Shown here one piece after another: positions 9,860 to 18,912 of a stretch of DNA of 64,000 bases (position 1 is the stretch's first letter; every line of letters begins with the position of its first letter). This DNA comes from Candidatus Latescibacterota bacterium (GTDB lineage Bacteria > Latescibacterota > UBA2968 > GCA-2709665). The notes beneath the pieces are model-generated. The model was not told the DNA's origin and searched no databases. It saw only the letters and a list, made by a program, of their open reading frames with translations. A program made the translations under genes and the position numbers. Location: the NCBI GenBank assembly GCA_965248435.1, contig OZ252100.1, positions 2,560,001-2,624,000 on the forward strand. The letters are read 5' to 3'.

Positions 9860-11383
9860 TCATTTGTATTCGATAACGATCTCTACGTTTTCCAGGTCCA
9901 GTTCTTCCGTCACCTCTTCATTCTTCTTCTTGAGGATCACCTCAACCTCGTTCTCCCCCGTCCGCACCTCGGGGCCCTCCGTCACGTCATACTCGATCCA
10001 TTTGGCGCTTCTCCATCCGCTTGTCGAGTGCCCTCTCGCGTAGCCCCCAGCAGCGTGGGCGATGTGTCCCCAAAAATCGAATTCAGTTTGACCCTGTGAC
10101 AGACTTTCGCCATTCAGCTTCACCTCCAGCTCGTCAGGAGGTGAAACGTTATTGATCCTCAATCGAAGCGTGATCCCCGCCAGGCTCCCGTCCTTCCGAG
10201 CGGCGGCGATGTCGTCGTCCACCAGGCTGAGGATCGTTGCACCCTGTGACAGCTTCAACGGGCAGGGAAGCTGCTTGGGATAAGTGAACTGCGGCAGTTC
10301 TCTGCCCGACCACTCCATACGGCGCGTCACTTGGTATTTCTTGTCTCTGCGCGCCATCATCTCCGGATCGGCCATCTCCTTCAGATGCGGCATCTCGATG
10401 CCTTCCAGATAGTAATAATTGCCCGCGTTGAAGATATGAAGGCCGTCCACGCCGGCCTTCCAATAGTGAGTGGCCACGGCTCGCCACATGTCGACCTCCA
10501 GGAGCGACGGGGAGCGGGGCTCGAAGCCAGCGAACACGAGCGTTTCCGTTCCTTCCGCTGCCTGGACGCACTCCTCGATCGGCATCTCGAACTCGGCGTA
10601 TCGAATGCCCGAAAAGACCGCGATATCCACCCGTCCTTCGCGGATCCAATTCAGGATGTCGATACCGATGCCGTGACAGACCTCTGCGACGGAGGGCACG
10701 CGGACCTCCAGCACAATCGGATGGCCCCGGCGTTCTCCCGCCTCACGGACCAGGTCCTGAATTTCACCGATCCACGCCATCATCAGATCCCGGTTCGCTT
10801 CCACCTCCGCCGCCTTGAACAGCGTGGGCATGCGGTTGAAATCCAGCTCCAGACCGTCCACATCCCAGCGATCCAGCGTCTCGCGAATGATCTCCTTCCG
10901 GTACTCCCGGACCTCAGCGTGGGCGAAGTTCAGGGCGCCCTTCCACCTCGCATCGATCGGGCAGTCTTCGCCGATGTGGAACTCCGGGTGGTCTACCCAG
11001 AACTTCGGATGCCGGTTGCGTGAGCAGTGGTGCACATCGTTCACGCGAATGCCCGCGAAGAAAGCCATCCCCGCTTTACGTGTCGCCGCGACCGTCTCGG
11101 CCGTCGAGTCCACGCCCTGCGCCTCGAAGTTCTCCTTGTGCTTCTTGTGCCGCCACCACGAGAGGTCGGTGTAAGGCGGCTGAGCGCCCTCCCCCACCTC
11201 GTCCTTACTCTCGTTCATGTGATAGACCATGGCGTTCACGTGGGTATTAGCACACCAGCCGACGGACACCTCTAGGAACTGCTCCATGGTCGCGGGAACC
11301 TCGAGGGTCACGAACGGAAACGCCTCATCCACGTGAAACATGAAGTGATGGTGGTCTCTCCCTCCCATGTTAATCTTGTTCAT
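9860..11383 (-). CDS. Uncharacterised glycoside hydrolase-like (GHL10-type TIM barrel) protein
   Basis: RVNDVH, FWVDHPE, LNFAHAEVRE, DVDGLELDFNR, GVDGLHIFN; GAGGAGG RBS. Confidence 0.65.
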   Translation of the reverse strand: MNKINMGGRDHHHFMFHVDEAFPFVTLEVPATMEQFLEVSVGWCANTHVNAMVYHMNESKDEVGEGAQPPYTDLSWWRHKKHKENFEAQGVDSTAETVAATRKAGMAFFAGIRVNDVHHCSRNRHPKFWVDHPEFHIGEDCPIDARWKGALNFAHAEVREYRKEIIRETLDRWDVDGLELDFNRMPTLFKAAEVEANRDLMMAWIGEIQDLVREAGERRGHPIVLEVRVPSVAEVCHGIGIDILNWIREGRVDIAVFSGIRYAEFEMPIEECVQAAEGTETLVFAGFEPRSPSLLEVDMWRAVATHYWKAGVDGLHIFNAGNYYYLEGIEMPHLKEMADPEMMARRDKKYQVTRRMEWSGRELPQFTYPKQLPCPLKLSQGATILSLVDDDIAAARKDGSLAGITLRLRINNVSPPDELEVKLNGESLSQGQTEFDFWGHIAHAAGGYARGHSTSGWRSAKWIEYDVTEGPEVRTGENEVEVILKKKNEEVTEELDLENVEIVIEYK

Positions 11384-12080
11384 TGCCCTGACCTCCTCTC
11401 GTGGTCTGAATATGGGCCTTTTGTTGTCCGGAAAGAACGTGAAGGATCAAGCTGGTGTGTCCCGGAAGATCGGTCATTTGGACGAAAACGGTGAATCCAT
11501 TCTGGGTGAGTTCGTATGCCTCGTCCAGATCCGAGAAAGTCCTCGACAGTGCTTGCCCGAGAAGGGGAAAATCTGTTGAGCAGCAGATAAGAATGTGGAT
11601 CTCTCTGCTCGGATTCGGGTGGGAAAAAGCCTTCAGTCCATCTCTCGAGTGGATGACTGTTTCGGGATCCTCGCCGTGAAACTCCTCATAATAGATCCGT
11701 TCCGCGTACAGATGGAAATGCACCTGCCGTACATCCTGATAGGGTCCGCCGTTCACACCCAGCGAATACTCGCGCCAGCACCTATCGCGGACCATCTGCT
11801 CGGCAACCGCCAGTGTATCCGAAAAGTAGTGAGTCCTATCGTCGGTGAGCAGTTCGGCGAAATTCGAAATCGCTTTTTTGGGAACGATCAGGATATGTTC
11901 TTCGAAGACCGGGCAAGGATGAGAAAAAACGACAACGCGATCGTTTTCAGCGAGTCGGCGAATTGGAAGTAATCCACAGGCGTGCTCAAACGCCAGTCCG
12001 ATCAATCTTCCAAGGAGGGCTTGTCTGGATGTCCATCTCGCGCATCGGAAAAGAAATCTACCAACCATCAAACAAACCAA
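11370..12080 (-). CDS. HIT-domain protein
   Basis: HILIVPKK and NGGPYQDVRQVHFHL (degenerate histidine triad). Confidence 0.65.
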   Translation of the reverse strand: MVCLMVGRFLFRCARWTSRQALLGRLIGLAFEHACGLLPIRRLAENDRVVVFSHPCPVFEEHILIVPKKAISNFAELLTDDRTHYFSDTLAVAEQMVRDRCWREYSLGVNGGPYQDVRQVHFHLYAERIYYEEFHGEDPETVIHSRDGLKAFSHPNPSREIHILICCSTDFPLLGQALSRTFSDLDEAYELTQNGFTVFVQMTDLPGHTSLILHVLSGQQKAHIQTTRGGQGNEQD

Positions 12081-12179
12081 CGGGGCAGTGACAAATGGAT
12101 CGTTAGAGGATGTATCACGGGGCTAGAGCGATGCTGTCATGCCTGCGCAAGCAGGCATCCAGGCACTTGAGCAGCTGAA

Positions 12180-12689
12180 TCATTCAATCTTCTTCCATTT
12201 CTGTTCCTTAGCCGATACGCCCCCCTTCCCGTAGATGTAGAATTCCATCCCCTTCCTTCTCAGAACGATCGCCGTATTCTCATCAACGAGTCTGAAGGAA
12301 AGGCTCGCCCTCAGCCCGTGCAGGGGATCACCCTTCTTCTGGCCGTGCCGCCTGGGATGGTGCGGGGCCAGGCCCAGCCTCTCAATCTCGATGTCTCCAC
12401 TGACCACGACGCCCGTGATTCTGATTGGATTCTTTGTGATGTTCCTGGCCTGGATCCTGACTTCGAGCTCCGTGATCTCTTTCCGCCAGAATCTCGGATC
12501 CGCGCTGCTGCCGATCTCTTCAGCGGTCGTGTAGGTGAAACGTGAGCTATTCCTATCTCCGAACACGAGGTAGCGCTCGTGCAGTCCCTCTTCATCCTCC
12601 CACGAGGTTCTCCACCTCGTATGCTGGACGAGGCTGAATGGGTCCGGTTCTTCCTTAGAGTCGTTTTTTATGTTTTCTTCGGCAGCCAA
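12180..12689 (-). CDS. Hypothetical protein
   Basis: 169-aa ORF filling the gap; no recognised motif. Confidence 0.45.
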   Translation of the reverse strand: MAAEENIKNDSKEEPDPFSLVQHTRWRTSWEDEEGLHERYLVFGDRNSSRFTYTTAEEIGSSADPRFWRKEITELEVRIQARNITKNPIRITGVVVSGDIEIERLGLAPHHPRRHGQKKGDPLHGLRASLSFRLVDENTAIVLRRKGMEFYIYGKGGVSAKEQKWKKIE

Positions 12690-12727
12690 GGGTCTGTCCT
12701 TCGTACGAGTAACAACAGTAAGCTAAT

Positions 12728-12907
12728 ATGAGACTTGTAGCGGAACAACCAAAAGTCTGGCGGGCCCTCAGCACACGGTTGCCTGGGCGGTTTCGAGAGG
12801 ACCCCGCAGACCGGATGATCGTCGCCACTGCTATGGCCGGCGACATTCCGCTTGTCACGAAAGACCAGCACATCCGGCGCTACCGCTACGTTCAGACGAT
12901 ATGGTGA
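12728..12907 (+). pseudogene. C-terminal remnant of PIN-domain (VapC-type) toxin
   Basis: Manual translation MRLVAEQPKVWRALSTRLPGRFREDPADRMIVATAMAGDIPLVTKDQHIRRYRYVQTIW*; DPADRMIVATA..LVTKD is the VapC C-terminal signature. Confidence 0.8.
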
Positions 12908-12933
12908 GCACTCGGCGTATATCAACTGGAAAA

Positions 12934-12959
12934 GGGTTACTGAAATCTCTCAGTAACCC
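12934..12959. repeat. Palindrome of the att-associated family
   Basis: GGGTTACTGA-aatctc-TCAGTAACCC. Confidence 0.7.
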
Positions 12960-13006
12960 CTCTCCGTGCGATCCCGTCTGTGAACCCCTATTCCCACTCT
13001 CTATTG

Positions 13007-15091
13007 CTATGCGCGTCCCACTTCCACCAGGGCATCGTGAAAGTCTCCTCCACCGCCCATATCACTCAACCCATCTGGCGTCAGCGCGTTAGCCGATGAC
13101 CCTCCGGGACTGAGCGACGCCCACCAGCCCGACGGCATCGAGACCACGCCGGGCCTGATCCGACTCGCCACTCTCGCCTTGATCTGAACTTTACCCCGAT
13201 CGTTGTATACGCTCACCTCATCCCCATCACGGATCCCTCGTGGCGCCGCGTCCTCGGGATGCATATCGAGCAGCGGCTCCTGTTCGGCTCTCAGGTAACG
13301 CGGCAGGTTGGCATACGTAGAATTCAGAAAGTGGAGTGCCGATTTGGCCGTAATCAGCATTAGCGGATACCGGGCCGCCAGCGCTGGACTGCCTGCTGGA
13401 CTCTCCGGCGGCGGGATGTAGGCCGGAAGCGGATCCACTCCCTGCGCGGTCAGACTCTCATTGTAGAACTCGCACTTTTCCGAGGGGGTGTGAAATCCCC
13501 CGCTGGCGAACGGGAGCCACGGTCTGGGCAGTTCCAGTTTAGCCCATCCCTCCTCCACCAGTCGATCGAACGTAATTCCTTCAAGGTAAGGATGATCACT
13601 GTCGAGAGCGGCACGGATCATATCCTCATCCGAATTCCTGAAATACGGCTCGTCGAATCCCATACGGCGGGCAAGCTCTCGGAAGAATTCCGTATTCGGC
13701 TTCGATTCACCCAATGGAGCGATCGCCGGACGATTCAGCGTCAAATAGGTGTGACCCCACGACCAGAGCATGTCCCAGTGTTCGATCTGAGTCGTCGCCG
13801 GAAAAACGTAGTCCGCGTACCGAGCCGTATCTGTCATAAAATGCTCGACGACCACCGTGAAGAGATTCTCCCGGGCAAACCCTTCCAGAACCCGGTTCTG
13901 GTTCGGCGTGATCGCCGCCGGGTTGCTGTTGTAAACGATCAGACTCCGGATCGGGGGATCCAGTTCGGGATCGGTCAACGCCTGGCCCAGCTGCGCCATG
14001 TTCACGATTCGAATCGTCTGATCTTCGAGCTCCGGCATGCGCAGTCGATCCAGATTCAGCGCTTCATAGAAATACGCGGACGTCGCCCGAAACAGTCCCC
14101 CGCCCAGGTCCCGCCAGGCCCCTACCAGGGCCGGCAAACAGGCGATGCTCCGGAAGATCATTGCCCCGTTGCCGTGGTGCTCCATGCCCAGAAGGGGGCG
14201 GATCAGTGAAGGGCGGGTCGTTGCGTAGGCCCTGGCGAGCTCGACCACCTCGTCTGCATCCAGACCGGTCAATTCGTCTGCTCGTTCGGGTGGATACTCG
14301 TCGAGACGCTTTCGAAGTCGATCGAACCCGAGCGTATGCTGGTCTACATACGCCTGATCGTGCAGACCCTCCTTGACAATCACGTGCATCATCCCGAGCG
14401 CCAGTGCGGTATCCGTTCCGGGCAGCGGCCGGACGTGCCAGTCCGCCTCTCTCGCCGTGCGCGTCTCCATCGGGTCGATCACCACGATCCTGGCACCCGC
14501 CTCACGGGCCTGAGTGATGAACGGCCACAGGTGGAGATTCGTCACGATCGTGTTCGTGCCCCAGAGCACGATAAACCGGCTGTGAACGATGTCTTCAGGC
14601 AGCACACCGGTCCCCGATCCCAGGGTCGCTTCAAGCCCCGAGGCACCGGCCCTGCCGCAGATCGCGCGTTCCAGCCGGGTCGCGCCGAGCCGCGCGAAAA
14701 ACCGGCGGTCCATCGAATCGCCCTGGACCATCCCCTGCGTGCCCAGGTAGCTGTAAGGCAGGATGGCCGTCGGCCCATCCTCGTCGATAATCTGCTGCAG
14801 GCGAACGGAAACATCGCGCAGCGCTTCATCCCAACCCACGCGCTCGAACCGGTTCTCTCCCTTGGGTCCAACGCGGCGCATCGGATAGAGCAATCGGTCG
14901 GGACTGTAGGTGCGTTCCAGGTAATGATTGACCTTCGCACAGAGCCCGCCCCGCGTGAACGGATGCGTGGCATCCCCAACCATCTCGATCGCCCGCCCGT
15001 CCTCGACCGTGACTTCCCACGCGCACGTGTCTGGACAATCGTGCGGGCACGCGCCGCGTATGATCTTTGGTGAAGAATCCGGCTGAGTCAT
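13007..15091 (-). CDS. Molybdopterin (bis-MGD) oxidoreductase catalytic subunit
   Basis: CPHDCPDTC..C Fe-S motif, GGLCAKV, TDTARYAD, C-terminal molybdopterin-binding domain; start moved to MTQPD (GGAG RBS). Confidence 0.92.
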   Translation of the reverse strand: MTQPDSSPKIIRGACPHDCPDTCAWEVTVEDGRAIEMVGDATHPFTRGGLCAKVNHYLERTYSPDRLLYPMRRVGPKGENRFERVGWDEALRDVSVRLQQIIDEDGPTAILPYSYLGTQGMVQGDSMDRRFFARLGATRLERAICGRAGASGLEATLGSGTGVLPEDIVHSRFIVLWGTNTIVTNLHLWPFITQAREAGARIVVIDPMETRTAREADWHVRPLPGTDTALALGMMHVIVKEGLHDQAYVDQHTLGFDRLRKRLDEYPPERADELTGLDADEVVELARAYATTRPSLIRPLLGMEHHGNGAMIFRSIACLPALVGAWRDLGGGLFRATSAYFYEALNLDRLRMPELEDQTIRIVNMAQLGQALTDPELDPPIRSLIVYNSNPAAITPNQNRVLEGFARENLFTVVVEHFMTDTARYADYVFPATTQIEHWDMLWSWGHTYLTLNRPAIAPLGESKPNTEFFRELARRMGFDEPYFRNSDEDMIRAALDSDHPYLEGITFDRLVEEGWAKLELPRPWLPFASGGFHTPSEKCEFYNESLTAQGVDPLPAYIPPPESPAGSPALAARYPLMLITAKSALHFLNSTYANLPRYLRAEQEPLLDMHPEDAAPRGIRDGDEVSVYNDRGKVQIKARVASRIRPGVVSMPSGWWASLSPGGSSANALTPDGLSDMGGGGDFHDALVEVGRA

Positions 15092-15632
15092 GAAATCTCC
15101 TGGAGCTGAGTCCTGCCGCAGACTTGCCCGAATCCCGGTCAATATACAAAGCTTCGCGGGCTTCGTCTACACGGACGGCCCGAAGTCCAATAGCTCAAAG
15201 GCATCGGGGCCGCGGTGTGCGAGTTCCTTGCAGCCAGCGCCTTTCTCCTCCCAATGGGTTGGGGCCCTCTGTGGGACCGGGTGAAGTGCGGGGGCGGTGG
15301 CGCGGGCGAATGGAAATTCGCGGGGCGGGGGCGGGTCCCACAGCGGGCATCAGGCGGGGGGAGGAGTCCAACCTTTTGCTGAGCCCGCCCCTTCCACCGA
15401 GGGTGAGGTGCCGCGGCCCAAGCCCCCGCGGCGTCTGAGCGGCGCCCTTCTTTTGTCCTCGGGCGCGGCACGCCGCGCCCCTGCTGCGAAATCTTGGAGT
15501 GTAGGGGCACAGCCGCGCTGAGCCCAAGGGTGGCGGTTGCGGTAGGCCTTTTCTTGTGGCGAGACAAGAAAAGGGGGCTGCGAGATTCCCACGCAACCCC
15601 CGATGGCTCACCTGACGATCAGATCTTGTCGA

Positions 15633-16334
15633 TCAGTCTCTTGAGCTCACAATTCTGAGCACGAACCAGAACATCAACGCCACCGAAGCGAACAGTTCCA
15701 GCGCGGCGCCCACGTGACAGTCCTCGGGAAAGTCGTAAATGATCCGCTGCGTATCATACAGGATGGCCGCGCCCGCGAGCCCCACCATCGCGACAGAGAA
15801 CCACGTGCCTAGAGACAACCCGAACATCACGCCGCCCACGATGGCCAGGAGCGCGAGGATCCCGCCCCAGCGGAGCAGTCCGCCCAGAAACGAGAAGTCC
15901 TTCTTGGTCCAGAACGCGATGCCGGTCAGCGCGCCGAATCCCAGCAGGGTGATCGTGCCCGCGCTCTGAATGGCCCCCGGGGCGTAATGACTCGCCATGA
16001 AGAGCATCGGCACGAAAATAATCGCTTGGGCCAACACGAATCCGGCAAGCGCCAGGTACTGGCTGGCCACCGAAGTCGCGGAATAGGCCACCTTCCTTGC
16101 CATCCAGCTCACCAGGATGAAGCCACCCAGAACGAACAGCCAGTTCACGCCCAGCATGCTCTCCGCCAGGGTCTGAGCGATTCCGCTGTTGAACAGAAAC
16201 CACTCGATCAGAATGAAAAGGAGAATGGAGCCAAACAGATGGTTGTAGGTGCGAACGAGAAACCCCTCTCGAGACACATCCCGCGTGGTCTCTCGGGCGA
16301 TCGTCTGTGAGCCGGCTGCATAACGCTCATCCAT
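15633..16334 (-). CDS. Bax inhibitor-1/YccA family membrane protein
   Basis: Seven hydrophobic segments, KKDFSFLG, ILYDTQRI, AALELF. Confidence 0.9.
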   Translation of the reverse strand: MDERYAAGSQTIARETTRDVSREGFLVRTYNHLFGSILLFILIEWFLFNSGIAQTLAESMLGVNWLFVLGGFILVSWMARKVAYSATSVASQYLALAGFVLAQAIIFVPMLFMASHYAPGAIQSAGTITLLGFGALTGIAFWTKKDFSFLGGLLRWGGILALLAIVGGVMFGLSLGTWFSVAMVGLAGAAILYDTQRIIYDFPEDCHVGAALELFASVALMFWFVLRIVSSRD

Positions 16335-16491
16335 AAAAGACCTCCTTCAGAAGCCAGTAACGAACTGTCTGGAATACAGTTAACATAAGGGATAGTGGCA
16401 ATTCAATCAAGGGAAGTTGGAAGATCTGTCGCGCACCTTCGTGTCATTTCGTGATCCAGCTTTACGATCCGACGATTCACGATCCACGGCC

Positions 16492-17664
16492 TCACTCCAC
16501 CGTCGCCACCGTCGGTGCACGAGTCAGCCGCTCCGGCCGATCAACCGTGATGATATAATCGTCCTCGAGATGCATGCCTCCCAAACCTGGAACGGTAAAC
16601 ATAACCTCAATCGCGACGGTCATCCCCTCAGCGAACTGCAGATCCAGCGTCCCCTGAGGGAGGGTCCCCCGCTTCGCGATCGGTGCGAGAAAGACCGGAT
16701 AAAAGGAAGGGAACAGACCGATCATATGTCCGGCCCCAACGCAGAACGGCTCATACCGGGAGCCTTTTACCACGCCTGCAGCGGCATCCATCACCTCTCG
16801 TACGGTGACACCGTTCCCAAGGGTTGAGACAGCGGCCGCCAGCGTTTCCTCCGCCAGCTTGAAGACATCCAGCTGCGCCTGACTTGCCTTTCCGTAAACG
16901 AACGACCTTGCGATGTCCGTAGCATAGCCCCGGTAAACCGGCGTCAAATCCATCCACAGGAGATCCCCGCTGCGGATTTCCCTGTCTGCGGGTGAATTCG
17001 GCCATTGCTCCGCCTCCGGACCGCTTGAAATGACGCTCGGATGCCAGACGCAGTCCGCGCCCTGCATTCTCATCTCGCTCTCGGCAAGGATCGACAACTC
17101 CCGCTCTGTGATGCCTTCGCAAACCGCGTCCATCACCTTTTCCACACCGCTGTCCACGATCTCTCCGGCCTTCCTCATGAGGTCCAGTTCCCGGTTGTCC
17201 AGGACCTTCCTCGACATCTCGAGGTCCAGGGAGACATCTTCAACCTGACAGCCCAACCCCGCAAGCGCACTCACGACAGAGGAGGACAGGTGACCGCAAT
17301 CGACGCCGACCTTGACCGCATCGAGCCCCGTCAGCGATCTGATCCCTTCGACCGCAAAATAAGCAAACTCCTCCGGCGCGTGCAGAAACGGCCCCCTGCG
17401 AGACCGCATCGGCTCGACCCTGTCGATCCAGGTCTTCGCCTTCGCTCGCTCGGCATCCTCAGCGCTCACCCAGACGCCGCATTCATCCTCGGTGAAGACG
17501 AGGAAGCACCAGGGAAAGAGTCCCAGAAGATCCGAAACATAGGTGAAATTGTAATTGTGCCGGACTGGAAGGAACGCCCCGAAATTCGCGAGAAGAATCG
17601 CATCCACATTTCTGGAGGAGAGAACGCTCCGGAAGTTTGCAAGATGTTTCTCAAAGTAGTTCAT
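16492..17664 (-). CDS. M24 family (Xaa-Pro) aminopeptidase-like protein
   Basis: GYATDIARSF, GHMIGL, IEV, GMHLEDD; creatinase-like N-domain. Confidence 0.85.
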   Translation of the reverse strand: MNYFEKHLANFRSVLSSRNVDAILLANFGAFLPVRHNYNFTYVSDLLGLFPWCFLVFTEDECGVWVSAEDAERAKAKTWIDRVEPMRSRRGPFLHAPEEFAYFAVEGIRSLTGLDAVKVGVDCGHLSSSVVSALAGLGCQVEDVSLDLEMSRKVLDNRELDLMRKAGEIVDSGVEKVMDAVCEGITERELSILAESEMRMQGADCVWHPSVISSGPEAEQWPNSPADREIRSGDLLWMDLTPVYRGYATDIARSFVYGKASQAQLDVFKLAEETLAAAVSTLGNGVTVREVMDAAAGVVKGSRYEPFCVGAGHMIGLFPSFYPVFLAPIAKRGTLPQGTLDLQFAEGMTVAIEVMFTVPGLGGMHLEDDYIITVDRPERLTRAPTVATVE

Positions 17665-17711
17665 CTCAAGTTCCTTTCTCTTCAGTCTGTTTACGTCAAG
17701 CGCCGATGGCC

Positions 17712-18575
17712 TTAAACCTCCCGCTGTGCCTCCTGAGATGGCGCGGTAAAGCCATCGCTGTACTCCCCTCGCTCCTTCATCCGCAGATATTCCCGTTCCC
17801 AGGGCGACTCCCTCAGGCGGTTGCGGCCGTTGCGGACATCGAACGGCATGTCGAAGGACTCCGGATAATGGCTGTAGATCATGATCCGACGAGGTCTGCC
17901 CGAAATGTTCGGCCTGGAGTTGTGCACCACCAGCACATGAAAAATGGCGATCGAACCGGCCGGCGCGATCATGTCCATCCCACCTTCGAAGTCGATCAGG
18001 CCCTCCTTGACCTGCAAACCGTTCTCCATCCGTTCGTGCTCCAGGTGCTGCTTGTGACTCCCGGGCCAGATGCGCAGGGGACCGCTCTCCTCGGTCACGT
18101 CGTCCAGGAAAAACGCTGAAGACAGAATGCTCTGGGGATAGTTCTGGGACTTGTAGTATGCCCAGTCGTTGTGAACAGGGAAGTAGTCATCCATCTCTTT
18201 GATCGGCAGGCCTTCGATCTTCTCAGCCAACGGCTGCTTGTAGTTCAGTTTTTCCTCCATCGAAATCGGCTCATCACCCATAATCTCGCGCATCGGTCCG
18301 ATCAGGCGTTCGTCTTCAGCAATTCGAGTGAAGGCGAGGGACAGGTCGTTGATCGGCTGAATCTTTCGAACGATCTGCTCCCCGCGCGAGTTGATCCGCC
18401 AATCCATCCTGCCGCTCTTGCGTCCGTGCGCCAGCGAAGAATTCATGATATGCTCGAGGATATAATCCGCCTCCCGCTGCATGCGGATGACCTCCTGCCT
18501 GTCAAATACACGCTCGAGGAGCAGATAGCCGTGTTCCTCGAAAAAGTCCAGTTGTTCCTGATCCAAAATGTTCAT
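17712..18575 (-). CDS. Phytanoyl-CoA dioxygenase (PhyH) family protein
   Basis: FFEEHGYL, HND, ESGPLRIWPGSH, HNSRPN..R. Confidence 0.9.
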   Translation of the reverse strand: MNILDQEQLDFFEEHGYLLLERVFDRQEVIRMQREADYILEHIMNSSLAHGRKSGRMDWRINSRGEQIVRKIQPINDLSLAFTRIAEDERLIGPMREIMGDEPISMEEKLNYKQPLAEKIEGLPIKEMDDYFPVHNDWAYYKSQNYPQSILSSAFFLDDVTEESGPLRIWPGSHKQHLEHERMENGLQVKEGLIDFEGGMDMIAPAGSIAIFHVLVVHNSRPNISGRPRRIMIYSHYPESFDMPFDVRNGRNRLRESPWEREYLRMKERGEYSDGFTAPSQEAQREV

Positions 18576-18912
18576 ACAACCCTCCATGCATCACCAGAAT
18601 CCCCTCCCGGGAGGGGTGCCCCGCTTCGCATCTCTGCGGCGTGTCCTAAGCAGGGCGTACGAATTAAGCCGGGGCGGGGTGGGTCAAGAAGCCCCTCAGG
18701 ACCTGACCGCTTCATCGCCCGAAATATCCAATATTCAGGGAAAGGCGGCTACAGCTCGCGCTGATCCATCCCTTGATTATTGGATATTATTGATTATTGC
18801 CTTCTCTCTGGTGAACAAGTCCCCTCCAAGGAAGGGACTGGCCAACAACTGAGCCTGTGCGCCCTCCCCGACCATGCACACGTTCATGGGCTTTCCTCCT
18901 AAGTCTCTCCAT

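Noticed and set aside
15100-15420. Moco/Wco riboswitch upstream of the molybdoenzyme
   Set aside because: Could not identify the consensus elements by eye; kept only as an unassigned structured region
15139-15611. Several 60-140 aa ORFs
   Set aside because: Pro/Arg/Gly-rich translations of GC-rich non-coding DNA; no RBS or motifs
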